This document shows positions 1 through 13,473 of a stretch of 64,000 nt of DNA, piece after piece. Source of the DNA: Oopsacas minuta (taxonomy: Eukaryota; Animalia; Porifera); contig JAKMXF010000304.1 of NCBI GenBank assembly GCA_024704765.1, positions 102,847-166,846 on the forward strand. Direction: 5' to 3'. How positions within the stretch are numbered: position 1 is the stretch's first letter; every line of letters begins with the position of its first letter. Under the pieces are notes generated by a model, which saw only the letters and a list, made by a program, of their open reading frames with translations, searched no databases and was not told the DNA's origin. The position numbers and the translations under genes were made by a program.

Positions 1-1016
1 CCGTTTTCTCATGAAATGCCTCTAATAGTTCTTGTGAATATGTCCGAAAGAAAGCTACTTTAATGTAGTAGTATTTTCTGATATAGGGCGAAATTGATGT
101 GGCATAATCCCAACATTACATCACCAAAACCACAATCTTCGTTATTGGCTGATAATCTGTGGGAATCTGAGTTATGAAACTACGAATCATACAGTACTAG
201 TATGCTTCGCTTGCTAGGTCGCTGCGCAACAGATTAATGCTAATTTTGCTATTTAATCCTTCAGGTTGGCTTAAGGGTTAAATAACTAAATTTCTTGATG
301 GTTTGAGACGTTACCCGATCGAGTATTTCCTCGGCACTATGTGCCTCGATGATAATTTGTTTGGAAATGTTTAATTTTTCTTATCCATGGTTCATCTAAA
401 TTCCATTATAATGACCTTCTGATACTGGAGCTGCTACGTGGCTTTTGGCTAGTAAGACGGGACCTTTATGCCTCAGGTATTTCTTCAATCAATTCTGGCA
501 TATAACCATATATATTCACATATATAGATTAATCGCGTTTTAATAGATTCGATACGTGGTTGTATATCTAGCCCCTTACAATGTCTAACCCTGCTTCCTA
601 TATATAGCACCGATTATGAAATATTTGTGATATACAACGCCTATAATATATGTACCGTCATAAATATGCATTAAATTTTATTTTATTGGTGATATCTACC
701 TTTAGTATTTAACTTTAAGTGCTTAGGTATCTGTCTTACTTGTTTATATAACTGGCTGCTTCATAACTCCTAAACCCACAGATTCCCTGCTGATATACGA
801 AGGTCGTGGTATTGGTGATGTATTATTGGGATGACGTACACCTATTTCACTTTATCTCATAAATATTCCTCCAATCAAGTATCTTTCTTTCGGACCAGAG
901 GCAGATCCAGACCCGAACAGAGTTGGGAGAGGGGGACAAAGACTATCAAAAGGTTTTAGCCTCTTCAAGTTTCTGACAAAATATTCAGCATAGAATCTAA
1001 TAATGGCTCATAATAA

Positions 1017-2070
1017 TCTATATTATTAAATCTCAATTGTTGTTTGTTTGTCTGTTTGTTTGTCATTTTGCAAGGAAAAGATTTACGGTATGCAGTTTTG
1101 ATATTGTCGCATAACTATGTATATATCGTATTTATCATGGAAGTAAATAGAATTCAATAAAACTTAACTAATTATATCGAAGATGGCGAATACGATTTTC
1201 ACAATTTTGGATTAATCATACATATGTAAATTTATTGTTGATTTTTTGAATATAAAGTAATCAAATTATCCAAATCTCAAAATGTACGTACAGGCTAGCT
1301 CTAAACGGCTACTCAGGGGTAACTAAGTATGCTAAATCCAAATTTCGCATTTTCAAGTTTCTCATATGTAAATTTATTGTTACTTTATGATTATAAAGTA
1401 AACACATTAGGTAAATTTCAGAATATATATTTGCAGGTTTCCTCAAAACGGCTACACAGGGTTGACAGAATACCCTGAACCAGAATTTCGCGTTTTCCAG
1501 TTACTCATATGTAAATATGTTGTTGTTTTATGAATATAAAGTAAGTAAATTTCAAAATTGAGGCAGAATCATACTTACAACGGCTATAATAGAAAAATCA
1601 AGTATGCTGAGCCCAAATATGTTACTCTAAACTACATATTGTGAATATTTGTTTGCTTTTAGGTATATAGGTAAACAAACTCCAAAATTGTGGTAGAATA
1701 ATACTTTCAACGACTATACAGGGGTAGTCGAGTATGCTGAGTCCGAATATGGTATTGTATAAACAACATCTATATTATTAAATCTCAATTATTTGTCCAT
1801 TGATATATAATTGTAATGTTGTTTTTATGAATGGGCTTGCTCTAAACGGCTACGGAGGGGTAACCTAGTACGCTGAATCCAGATTTTGCATTTTTAGGTT
1901 TCTCATATATAAATTTATTGTAGTTTTTATGAATATATAGGAATTAAATTAGCAAAATCTCAAAATTGACATGGGTACTGGCTCTCAACGGCTACACAGG
2001 GGGAGAATAATGAATACCTCGAGGCGCAATCGCTGAGTTCATCGCTAAGTGACGAGCCTGAGGCTCGTTT
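1017..2070 (+). mobile_element. Helitron-like non-autonomous element
   Basis: 5' end A|TCTATATTATTAAATCTCAATT followed by a (TGTT/TGTC)n microsatellite; a second copy of this 5' end at 1769; 3' hairpin ACGAGCC-TGA-GGCTCGT at 2052-2068. Boundaries approximate. Confidence 0.55.
1300..2000 (+). repeat. Degenerate tandem repeat, about 6 units of ~130-145 bp
   Basis: Recurring core AACGGCTACACAGGGGTAA..AGTATGCTGAATCCGAA near 1304, 1447, 1578, 1709, 1844 and 1985. Related units at ~2998, ~3120 and 9530-9670. Confidence 0.75.
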
Positions 2071-2849
2071 AATAAATATCCTCATATACGCAGATAGATA
2101 CGAAAACCATTAATATGAATGTGACAATACCAAAAATTATCGAACACTGTTCACATCATTCATAAAATGGATAAAAGGAGAGGCCTCAAGTCACCCGCTG
2201 CCTCCCCCCTTGTAACCGACACTATTTCGGACATATTCAAGAACTATTTGTAGCATTACAAGAGATAATACAAATGGGTTAAAATGATTCATTTAAGTAA
2301 CTCTATTTTGCGTATGAGGTCTGACGATGGACAGCTTTGAAATCCAAATATTTTGAATGCAACCAGACCAATCGGATCGCAAAATAGTCGAAAGCGAAAC
2401 TTATAGGGAATATTTCAATGAAGTATTTTCATTGAACATTTATATGTCGTATACATATCTTAAAACCCCGCCTGATGGAGAGAAAGTGATAAAATTTAAG
2501 GAATCAGGATAGTTGAAAAGGTGTGGAAATTTTTCAAACAGCAAAATTATTCTTGACTTGTGTTATTAATTACATGGAAATACTACTGATTATGCTATTG
2601 TCCCGTTTCCAGAAGTGCAACTGAATATCTTGATGCCAATTTGGAAATCTACTAAGTCGATTTATCTTATATGACTACATTTTAATGAATATCTTCAGTG
2701 CAGTATCTATTACCCCTATATGACCATTTTGCCATACTGTAGATTGTTCTGACGCTGTTATGAAATGTTCATATATTGTATTATTGATTGCACTACTGCC
2801 TCTGGGCCATTATTCTTAGTATTATCTAAGTATGGGAACTCGAGTATAC

Positions 2850-3293
2850 AATTGCTCTCAAACACTTAATGTGTAATCATGTACTCTTTTTGGGATTTCG
2901 AAATTTCAAGTTTCTCATCTGCAAATTTATAGTTATTTTTATGAATATTTAGTAAGCAAATACTTGAAATTCCAAAATATACTTAGAGACTTGATCTTAA
3001 CAGATATATAGGGGTAATCAAGTACACTTAATCCGAAAATGATATTTTCAAATTGTGAATATTAGTAATTTTCTTGGTGTATATTGTAAACAATTTCAAT
3101 TCATCTTAGGAACTTGTTTTCAACTGTTATAATGTGGTAATCGTGTACGTTTATTCCAAATATGAATTTATCACCAGCGCATTGTGAATATGTTGCTGCT
3201 TCTTTACTTTGCTTAAATCAAGGCACAAAGTGCCAAACCCCAAACAAACAAAGTGTTCGCAAGGCGAGCATCGCAAGTGAGCAAGTATGCTAG
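2850..3293 (+). mobile_element. Helitron-like element, 3' portion
   Basis: Carries the same tandem unit and ends GCAAGGCGAGCATCGCAAGTGAGCAAGTATGCTAG|T (CTAG at 3290-3293). 5' boundary uncertain. Confidence 0.45.
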
Positions 3294-3443
3294 TTCTTTA
3301 TACAATACCTAAATATTATGTGCAATAGAAAACCTATATAACATAGCATTTATACTATGTAGAAAACTAATTTTGTCTTAAATCCAATATTTGTAATTAC
3401 CAAGTCATATATCTTAATTTAGTATTCAGCTTAGATTCCTAAT

Positions 3444-5153
3444 GGAATTCTGGAGATACCCAATTATCAGATGCATGTTTCAAGTCAGGAATTTCGTCAT
3501 ATTCGATGATATATGGATAATTGCCATGATAAAGTTATAAGGTTCCAGAGTTATCGTATTGACCGTGGATGACACATTTCTGCAAATATTCACCTATAAC
3601 TTGACAACCATTAATATTATGGCCAATCGTCTTACAAACATATGGTATATATCCGACTTCCCATGCCCTTATAATACGTTTTGACATGATATTTCTGACA
3701 ATTTTGATGCAATCTTCAAAACGACCATTTATAGTATCGTTGATGACTGTGCAGTAATCAAGATATGATATCAAAATGAGGTATTAAGGTATGGGAAGAC
3801 GGGCACAGTGGGTAAATAAGTGAAAATAGGGTAAAAAATTGATGTACTCAAATCCGAATATTTTGTTTTAACTAAATTCCTTACTCCCTAAAACCTAGGC
3901 AGCCAAATTTAGAGACTTCAATGTGTTGAGTAATTTTGCTCCAACAGAATGTATATTTATGAGGTCAAAAATAGCATTTAATATTTGTAGTAACCACACA
4001 AGTGTAATTGTGGTAAAAATGCTAGACTAGTGACAGTAAGCAAAAATTGCTATTTCAATGCAAAGTATATGCACTTAGATGTATTTCTTTCATGTATCAG
4101 ACCTTGGTTCTTAGTAGACTAAAGAAATTTTGCAAAATACTTTCTATTAGTTTCCCGCCTGTTCGGACGAATTTTATTTTGTAGATATAGTGTTGAAATA
4201 TATCGTGGGCAAATGATTTTAAGTTTTTAAATTAATGCTAAATCCATTAGCTCAAATTTAACATAATTTCCAGGGGGCCCGAAATAAAGCGACGGTGACG
4301 ATTTTTCAAATTCTATCTAGGCCTCTTGATATTTTTTGAAATTTCACATTTTTCCTAAATTTTCATTATTTTTTCTTAAAATACATTACAGAAATAATGA
4401 ATAACTGAAGCTTTCGACTTTCTCTGCTCTCAACCATCAGTTAGAGTGGCATATGCTCACTAGATAATTGTTTTAAATCACTTCTTTTAGTTTCTTTTTA
4501 CTGATAGTAGACGATAGAGACTATATAATTTGGATTATTCAATCTAACAACATGAAATATGTTATTGTAACTCAAGTGGCTAGGGATTGTTTTAAATTGT
4601 TAGTTTGCGAATATGTACATCGTTCTAACTTCACTATACTACAATAGATTAGGGTGGAATTTCACACAGGAAACTAGAGGGTTCTTTTATCTCCATTGTT
4701 TGAAGAATAATTTTTAAGCGCAACATGGGTTACGAACATTATCAACTTATGCGACCATAAATTTCATATCTACAAATTTGTCAGAAATCAAGTCTAAATC
4801 GTGTTAAATACCATTTATACATCAAATTTATTGTTTCCAATCGATTTTTTAGCATCGTTTTACTTTAAGCGAAATATTCGCTTATGTAGCTATTATATAC
4901 ATGCCTATTTGGACTAAAGCACCCATTTGTGCCCACTGTTACGGGTATATGTCATATGTTGCAAGATGATTGGCCATAACATTTAAGGTTCTCAAGTTAC
5001 AGGTGAATATTAGCAGAAATGTGTAATCCATGGTCCTTACTATAACCCTGAAACCTGAGAACTTTAATATGGCAATTATCTATACACAACATCGAATATG
5101 AGGAAATTCCTGACTTGAAACATGCATCTGTCAAATTGTATCTCCAGAATTCC
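3444..5153. mobile_element. Fold-back MITE interrupted by the Transib-type MITE
   Basis: 3444-~3655 is the imperfect reverse complement of ~4941-5153, and the arm continues across the insertion (3651-3695 vs 3768-3803). Confidence 0.75.
3804..4940. mobile_element. Non-autonomous Transib/RAG1-like element (1137 bp)
   Basis: Perfect 5-bp TSD ACGGG (3799-3803 and 4941-4945). Left end CACAGTG-N10-TGAAAATAG; right end (rc) AACAGTG-N20-TCCAAATAG. No transposase ORF. Confidence 0.9.
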
Positions 5154-8100
5154 TATGGCCCAAAAGGTAGAGGGCTGAGCATCCTTAGTAATGATTAGTT
5201 GGAAATAGACCCTAGCCTCCATGGTTCCGCCACTATTATTGATTCTATATGATTCAGAAATATTCTGGCAGTAAGCCCACAGACCACCCTTTTGATAGGT
5301 CGCACTGATCCACCCAGGATGGCTGTAGCACTTTTTATGACTTTACTACGGCCCTGATTTTGAGTATTTGATAGTGTTGAGAATTTGAATAACGCTGTTA
5401 TTCAGGGGCTCTGATCGTGCAAATTTCTGCAACTTCTTAGCAGATGGTAATCCAGATCTACCATTGTTGACGTCCAGAAATTGTAGGGGGAGAAGCTCAA
5501 AATGCAACAAATTTGGGAGTTTCAATTTATTCCAACATTTTACCAAAGTTTGCATTGGCCATGCCTAAAGATTGTCACATTTTCCTCTTCAGCAATGAAT
5601 ACACGATCAGTCACTGGGAAGATAATATTTTATTGTTCATCTAAAAATAGCTTTAGCGAAACTCCATGTTGAGATATGAGCAATTGAAATGCATACTTTG
5701 ATACCATATTCCTATGTGTCTTTTATACATACTTAGCCGAATACACCTTTCAGCACCTTTTTGATGTCGTAAGTCACGTATGTTCTTAGCAGTATTCGGT
5801 TAATAGAAAGAAGCAAAGTCGATGTCTCTGGTATATTTTTCCAAGACATCAATATGAAATCGGCCCGTGTTTGACTTTTAGCTAAACACCAGCTATTAGG
5901 ACATGTATTCTTTTTTCCCAAAATTGTGTTAGAAATATATTGTTGATATTTGTAACTGGGACTAGGGTGATTCTTAGAATAAAATTCAAGTCCTGAGTAT
6001 AATACCGGAGTTCCGCTGGTATTTTTCCAGTTTTGAATTCAGAATGCTGACTGTATTATATTTAGTTTAATTTATCAAATTCTCATCTGAATAGCATTTT
6101 TAAGTCAGAAATGAAAACAATGCTATTCATTAATTTCTAAATTTCAATGAAACTTTTCGAATTTTCAGTCAACCAGGATTTTTTGAATAAATTTGTATCA
6201 AGTAGGATTACTTTTTTTGATTTGGTAAGGGATTTCCGTCAAACTGATAGGGCGAGCCCCTCTCAGTTTGTAAATGAGGACGGCCTTGCTGAAGTATATA
6301 TCTTTGTTTTCGCAAAGCTGCAAAATGATGTCTAAAAGTTCTCTAATCACTGTTTCATTTCACAGCAATATTCAAAGTTACTCCAACTGATTACGGCTTA
6401 AGTTTTACATTGGTAATGAAAAGGATCAATAAAACTTTCCACTTCGTTTTAACCACTCTATCACCAAAATGGCATTTTATCACCTTTTTACGTCATGAAA
6501 TCATACATTTTCCCTGCATTAATCGGCTAAGCTCTATAATACATATTACTCGAGATATATGATATATCATTTTCAGTCGGCCTTCTCGTTCTCAAGGCTT
6601 CTTGGGGTATATTTGGCTGTATATTCATTAGACCATGTTGGTATGAATATGAAACTTCAACCTAGTCAACGAGGTTTGCTCTAAACAATTTGAAATTGTC
6701 ATAATGTGGTAATACAGACATGTAAAATTCATATATCAGAATCGAACCATCTCCTTTGAATTCTATGCAATCTGCAATTGATGATTTATTAGCTCATTAT
6801 CTAATTAATTTGCAAATTATTGTTAGAATATATCTAATTGGAAATTGAATCATCGAGTCAGTTATGACAATGTTAACTAAGATAGATAAATAGTAGTTTC
6901 AGGTATATTATGTATGCATATTTAAATATTCGCAGTATTTCAAGATTGACAATTGTACATTTATTGGTTTACAATTCGGTTAGTGTAGATACCTGGGTTC
7001 TAAGGTATTTATCTCTTAGTTTGGTTCATCCAACGAGCCTGAAAATATGCTAGATATTCACAGACGAATAGTTACGAAATCTCCTACACAGTAGTTCAAA
7101 GTTTGGGGCAAGCAGTCTTACGCTCATCTAATACAATTGTGTATGCATTCAAGGTTCTACTACAGTAAGTGGTCAGCAGTGGCGTGGACAAGGTGGCACA
7201 TTTGCGCCACCTGTATTTTCTTTACGCTTGTAATGCATCATACGTTTTTCGTTGCCACAGATACCACACCACCACATGTCCCAATCAATGAGCTGTCACT
7301 ATGTGCCAAGGCTTGATAAGCCACTGGGGTTCAGCGTCCAAGATTTGGACAAGAAACCCTATGGTTACGGATTCGGGGCGCGAACTTTGTATTACGGTAT
7401 CGGCAATTTCTAAAGTATATGCCATTATACATGTTTATCGTTTTCCAGCTCGTTGTACGGGCCAATCTAAGAGATAATAACAGTAAACCCCGATGTATCT
7501 AGTGTAGATTCCGAATTAGGCATGAAAGAGCGGCAAAAGTCCTCCCATTGAAGTAACATTAAAGTTCGGGACATATCACCCAGTTACTTTTAAAGAAGGA
7601 CAATTGTCTAAGACCTATACATTGTCATATATGCTAACAATATGTAGTTCTATTTCTGGACAACAATTAGGCCCGAGTACCTCCCCAATAAGAAGATATT
7701 AACGTTTGATGTGGGGTCTGCAAAAATAGTCTAAAAACCGGAGTCCGCAGGGTTAGGGTGTGATATCATTCGAATTATTCGTTCATTCATTCCAAATGTG
7801 GTCCAGATTTCAGATAACATTGTATAAATACTTCCCTTACATTTCAGAGCATAAGAATCAGTCTTTCTTAAAAAGTATCTGGCCCGTATGGCGAAAAACA
7901 TCGTTTTGAGATAATTGAAGTAAAAGATTCATATAATATCTTTTGTGAATATATACATACAGTGGAAGCCGCTTAATCGGGACTCGGATAATCGGGATAT
8001 CCGCTTAAACTGGACAATGGTTGGGAACAGATTTTCGCTTAGAAAAATCGTCGGATAATTGGGACATTGAATCGGTTGATCGGGACTTTTTATCCCGATA

Positions 8101-8915
8101 CCTAATTTTTGAAAGTTCATAATCGGTTATTCAGGATTTCTTATCCCGATTAACCGGATATGAATTATATTCGCTTAATTTGGAGTTCTATCCCAATTTT
8201 ACGATTCTATATTCATTCAGAATCATTGTAAAATGGTCTGTTTTAAAATAGGAATTTGAATATTATCTACAACCATAACAATACAACACCGATGTGATTA
8301 CCATTTACTATACCAAGATTATTAACTTTGTTCACTCGCCTCAGGTTCCATTGCTATTCCACCATGTAAAATTCCCTCAATAATGACCAGACTGTTGGAT
8401 AGCCAAACGTTTTGCATGGTTGCAGTAATAAGCACATGCATTATTATTTAATCTTTATTTTCTTACTTTCTAAGTATATAGCGTAACGATATCCTTACTA
8501 CAACCAATTCTCTACTAGACCTAGATAAATCAAGATTAGTAGTATAGGAATAAGATATATCTGGTCATGTGACAATGAAAAACTAGTTTTGAATACTTAA
8601 ACAATCATAACACTGATATATAACATTTTTGATGATCTTCTTTCTCTATAATTTTTGCATAGTGTAGATATATATTGGGAATATTATGTATGTTTTTCAT
8701 TCTCAAGGGTACTAAAAGTAAGAAATTTCTATTTTAGTTATGTCGGTCATTTAATTGACTACATGGTCAAAATATTTCTAAATTCAATTCCACACATCAC
8801 CCTTATCCAATTTATTTGCTTTTAATTGCTTATACGTTGTAAATTGCCTCTAATAATAGTTATAGTCTGTTTAATTCCACTCGACATTTAGTTTTGCTTG
8901 TTCATTTTATTGTTT

Positions 8916-9360
8916 ATGGCTTCTTGGGTTTGTAACTATTCTCCTGAAAAGTTTTGTTATATTTGTGGGAGGTATACTACAACTGACCAACGGCAAAATA
9001 TCACAAATCCTGTAGTACGCTGTTATTCGCATATTTTGGATGATCTTGGGGATCAAGATAAGCCGTGGGCTCCACACAACGCCTGTAAGACATGCGTTGA
9101 GAACTTACGCTTGTGGTATGCTGGGAAGAGAAAGAAATGCCATTTGCGTTTCTAATGCTATGGAGAGAACCAATTTGTCATCTTTCGGAATGTTATTTCT
9201 GTATGACGAAAATTGATAGTATCACAAAAATGAATGAACCCAGTATTGTGTACCCAGACGTACCGTCCGACATTGGGCCAGTTCCACATTCAGAGAACCT
9301 ACCTGTACTAGTTCAATTGGAAATATTGGACATTAGCAGTGACAATGATAGTAGTGGTGA
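8916..9360 (+). pseudogene. Chapaev (CMC) transposase N-terminal fragment, frameshifted
   Basis: CNYSPEKFCYICG, GDQDKPWAPH..CK.C and WREP..H..ECYFC..YPDVPS..PVPH match the equivalent motifs of the Chapaev copy at 52960-54669. Confidence 0.85.
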
Positions 9361-9364
9361 TACT

Positions 9365-9760
9365 ATCATTGTCACTGCTATCTGTTTGTCTGTCTGTCCG
9401 TCCGTTTGTTTGTTGCTAAGGAAGCTGAAATGGAATGTGGAATTCGTATTTGCAAAAATGTTTGTATCTATATATCTATGGTGTTAATCAAGAAAATATA
9501 CAAATTTCATAAACTTGACTAAAGGTTAGCGAATATGCTGAATCCGAATCACACATGGATTTGTCATATACAAATTTTAGTTGTTTATATGAATATTAAG
9601 TAAACAATATCCTGGAAACGTGGTTTCAACGGTTATTGTGGGGTAATCGGGACGCTGAGTCCGAATATCACACAAACTAATAGTCAAAGCGAGGGCCGAA
9701 GGCCGAGTACGGACACGAAGTGTTAGAATCCGCGTAGCGCAAGGAAGCGTAGTGCCCTAG
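9365..9760 (+). mobile_element. Helitron-like non-autonomous insert
   Basis: (GTCT/GTCC/GTTT)n microsatellite, the same GCTGAATCCGAA tandem unit, and a GC-rich 3' end finishing CTAG|T (9757-9761). Confidence 0.55.
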
Positions 9761-10054
9761 TAATAGTTAATATTAATATGATTTAGTAGGTAATAAACAT
9801 AAATGTAAGTTAATTTCATATATTTAATCGCTTATTGGTGCAATCTTCCAACCAAAAAATTATAAATTCTAAACCTGTCGTGAATACATACTGAACTAAT
9901 TCATAAACAGTCCCTTCAAATTATTCAATTTCAGCTATTTTTATTTAATCATCAAAAACTTTTTACAATTTTGTATATCAGTGTAATCGGTTAATCGAGA
10001 CAAGACATTGACTCCCGAGCTGTCCCGATTAAGCGGCTTCCACTGTATTAGATT

Positions 10055-10297
10055 GGTGTTACGTCCCGCTAGGACTCATTAAGTAAGCTATGCCTTGTCT
10101 TAGGACACCACCTTACTTTTGACATATAACAAACAATAAAAATCAGTAAAAAGGTGTGATAATTTCCAATCAAGAGGGAGGGGTAAATAAATCAGCTGAG
10201 AAAATTCCTATCGACAAAAGTGAGTTCTGCTTAAGGATTCGAACCCATGACCTGCTCCTTGGTGGGAAGTAGTTATTTCCACTATGCCAGCAGGACC
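10055..10297 (-). mobile_element. tRNA-derived SINE-like element
   Basis: Minus strand reads GGTCCTGC TGGCATAGTGG (A box) ... GGTTCGAATCC (B box, 10235-10245). No complete cloverleaf. Body extent uncertain. Confidence 0.55.
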
Positions 10298-11301
10298 CAT
10301 AATAGAAATATATAATTATATACATTATTTAGGAGAATTATTTGCCAAGAATGTCAAATTGAAGGGAATTCGAAAATTTTACCAAAAATGGCTATTTTTA
10401 GAGGAAATGACGTCACAAATTGTCACATAACTCACTCTGGAATACTTGGATTTAAAAAATTTCAATGTAGGAATGATAACAATGCATGTGAGTATCTTTC
10501 TATATAATATACTCATACAAACAAATTTGGTTAAAAATGACCAAAATTTCGCAGCGCGTGTCCTTACACAAGATTTAATGGACCTTTTTTTGGATCGGGG
10601 ACACCATCACAATGGTGTAAATTTACTGCTTATGCATATCGAATTGTGCCAACAGAAATCTTTTTCAATTGACTAAGGCCTTGAGGCGCTTAACTAGTCC
10701 TTTTTGCCTATTGTGTAATTAGCCACTGCACTGGTACCCCAGAATCTCTCCTTGTGCTATGAAGGATTGATCGCTATTGAGATAGTCGATCTATATACAA
10801 TTTGTGCTTCTAAGTGCAGGTGACCGAGCTGTAGGTTGCATTATCGCAACCAATATTTAAATACGTGCTACTTGAATATAATCCGGGTCTCGACTGTAAT
10901 TTAGAATAAGCAAATATGTGGCTTTTTGTATTCATTAAACCTCTAAAATTTTAACTTATATATCATTTGCTGCAAATTTAGAGGATTTAAGCCTAGTCCG
11001 TGGCAGACTAAACTTTACGAAAGTAATGGCTGTGAAATTAGCAGAGTATTCAACTAGGGTAATTTCAATCCACTATTTAACTTACTTGTGGTTACCAGAT
11101 ATAATTACATTTCGTATCATTCGATGGAGGAGATTCAGAGGTTTTATGTTCCATAATATATTTTCCAAAAATACCATCATTTGATTTTTTTGTCATACAA
11201 TGCAGGGTTGATGATCCATCAAATACCACCATCTGAATTTTTACTAACTAATCTGAAATTTGGTCAACATACTGTTGAGACATGGCGGCTTATGCCATAT
11301 A

Positions 11302-12688
11302 CAGTATGTCCAATAATTATCGCAACACATCATTATTTCTAATTCTAACACTGCTATAGTTATATTTGATAAGTAGAAGATACTTTACTAATATAGAAAG
11401 TTAATTGGTATCTATTTGAACATAAAACTGAGGAAACACAATGGGATTATAATTTTTGCAAATGAGGATGGCATCATAAGATATTATGACGTCATCTTTT
11501 AGCATCTTTCATCATAAATTAGAAAATTCTCTTACCTTTTAGCTGAATAATTTAGCATTTAGCGTTGATATGGCTCAAAATTTGATGGGAGAAAAGATCA
11601 AAACTCTATTGATTGGCGATAAACATACACCTACTAAAATCTCACGCATTTTAGATGTTGAACAAGGGACACTTTACAGGGTTAAACAAAGGCTCCAAAC
11701 AAATATGACCCTTCAACACAAAAGAAGCGATGATAGACCAAATTTACTCGGCAATTCAATAAAATATACAGCTACTCAGTTCATCAAATCGGATCCAGAG
11801 ACTAGTATGTAAACTTACAATCAGGATAGCTAAAACAAAGAAACTAACTGTCAGTAAAAGTACAGTCCATCTTACTCTTCAGAAACTGAAATACTCAGCC
11901 ATTTCCTGTCCAGATTCCGTTGCTATCTGAAAATAATCGTCTCTTCAGAATTGAATGGGCACAGAAAAACAAATTTAAACTGTGGTGTAGAGCTATGTTT
12001 GCAGATGAAGCCTCTTTTTGGCTTAATCGTGGGAAGGTTCGAATGTGGACAAAATCAGGAAGAGAATGATCACAAAAACTACCGAACACTCACCGAAACT
12101 ACACATATGAGCTGCATTTTCGTCTTTCGGTACCTTCCCATTGTGCATATTTCGTCAAAATTTGGATACACAGTTCTTTGTTAAGATCCTTGAATGGCAT
12201 CTTCTTTTACAGGCTGAGGCTTTCCACGAAAATAGATGGTTTCTCGTCCAGGATAATGATCCAAAGCACCGTTCAAAATTTGCCCAACAATGGATCTCAG
12301 AAAAAATGCCAAATAATGTATTTCAGAAAAAAATGCCAAATAATGTATTTCAGTGCCCAGTCAATCATCCGACCTTAATCCGATAGAAAATCTATTCGGC
12401 TGGTTGAAAATCAAGTTGCAAAACAACATGCCAAATCACTAGCTGAGCTTGAAAAATGTATCCAAGCAATTTGGGATTCTCTCCACCCGAATTTTTGGAA
12501 CCCTATTGGAAATCTATGACGCGTAGATTTCAGATGGTCTTAGAAAACGATGGAAATAAGATCAAATATTAATCTTTAGTGTATTCTCAACAAGTAAACA
12601 AAAAAACTAGATCATATACTTTGTATTTATTGTTTCTGGGTGACACTAAGAAATCTCCCTAGTGTTGCAATAATTATTGGACATACTG
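11302..12688 (+). mobile_element. Tc1-like element, full length, degenerate transposase
   Basis: 27-bp TIR CAGTATGTCCAATAATTAT(C/T)GCAACAC with one mismatch; TA TSD; 1387 bp. Confidence 0.92.
11570..12570 (+). pseudogene. Tc1-family DDE transposase pseudogene
   Basis: HTH region, FADE, QDNDPKH and (W)PSQSSDLNPIEN motifs split by stops, frameshifts and a 26/27-bp tandem duplication at 12298-12350. Confidence 0.88.
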
Positions 12689-13473
12689 TATATTCTTTTC
12701 ACAATTCACTAAACTTTTGGAGTTACAACTATTCAAACTTGAACTTGGGAAATCAAATTCTATTATGGATTTGAGCATATACTATAGGTACGCCTAGTAA
12801 TACACAGTGTGGCAATATGGGCAAATAGGAATATTTTCAAAAACATATTTCAATGCATTTTTCGAATTCTCCATAGTTCAATTAGTACGAAAATATCATT
12901 GCCAGCATTAAAAGCAGTTAGGAATCCTAACTACGCACAACTTTGTTATGTGTTTCTAATAATTGAAATATATATTTCAAACCGTAAATTCCTATGCCCT
13001 GATGTATGTAAACATATTTGATTTAAATACTAAATATAAGAGTGAAAAACATCTTCTGATTATAAATCTATAATATAACAACAATTTAATCATTGATAGG
13101 TTAGTCTAGATATTCATTTGTACTTTTTTCCGGGTGTCTAGTTTGGCCCTCCCAAAGTTAGAATTTAGAATTTTTTCTCATTGATTGGAGTGTAGCATCT
13201 CTTCTTTGACAAAATTTGACAAACGTTATTAATATATACGTAATGTTACTATATTTAGTCAACTATTTAATCACTTTCCAAGCTGCCAAAAGCTGCCCAA
13301 AAAATTTGTCACGTCATTCATTGTCCAGACCGGACAAAAATCCGAAAAATATATTTTTCATACGTTTTAAATTTTTTCAGTAAAATTCTATATTTTGTTG
13401 GTTATTAGTTATTCCAATACTCTACAACCATATATCATAATGTTTCTATGCTGAAGTAGCCCTTTGGCTGATC

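Larger units (their letters stand above)
896..2224. mobile_element. hAT-type non-autonomous element (MITE) with nested Helitron-like insert
   Basis: Perfect 8-bp TSD TTTCGGAC (888-895 and 2225-2232). Degenerate TIRs CAGAGGCAGATCC / rc TAGTGTCGGTTAC. Confidence 0.8.
7960..10045. mobile_element. pogo/Tigger-like non-autonomous TIR element with nested fragments
   Basis: Perfect 24-bp TIR CAGTGGAAGCCGCTTAATCGGGAC, TA at both ends, repeated subterminal ATCGGGA/CCCGAT motifs. Confidence 0.9.

Noticed and set aside
5346-6335. Short ORFs that look like a decayed gene
   Set aside because: No recognisable motif in any frame, and many stops.
10235-10297. Functional tRNA gene
   Set aside because: A and B boxes are present but no acceptor-stem pairing or full cloverleaf was found; treated as a SINE head.
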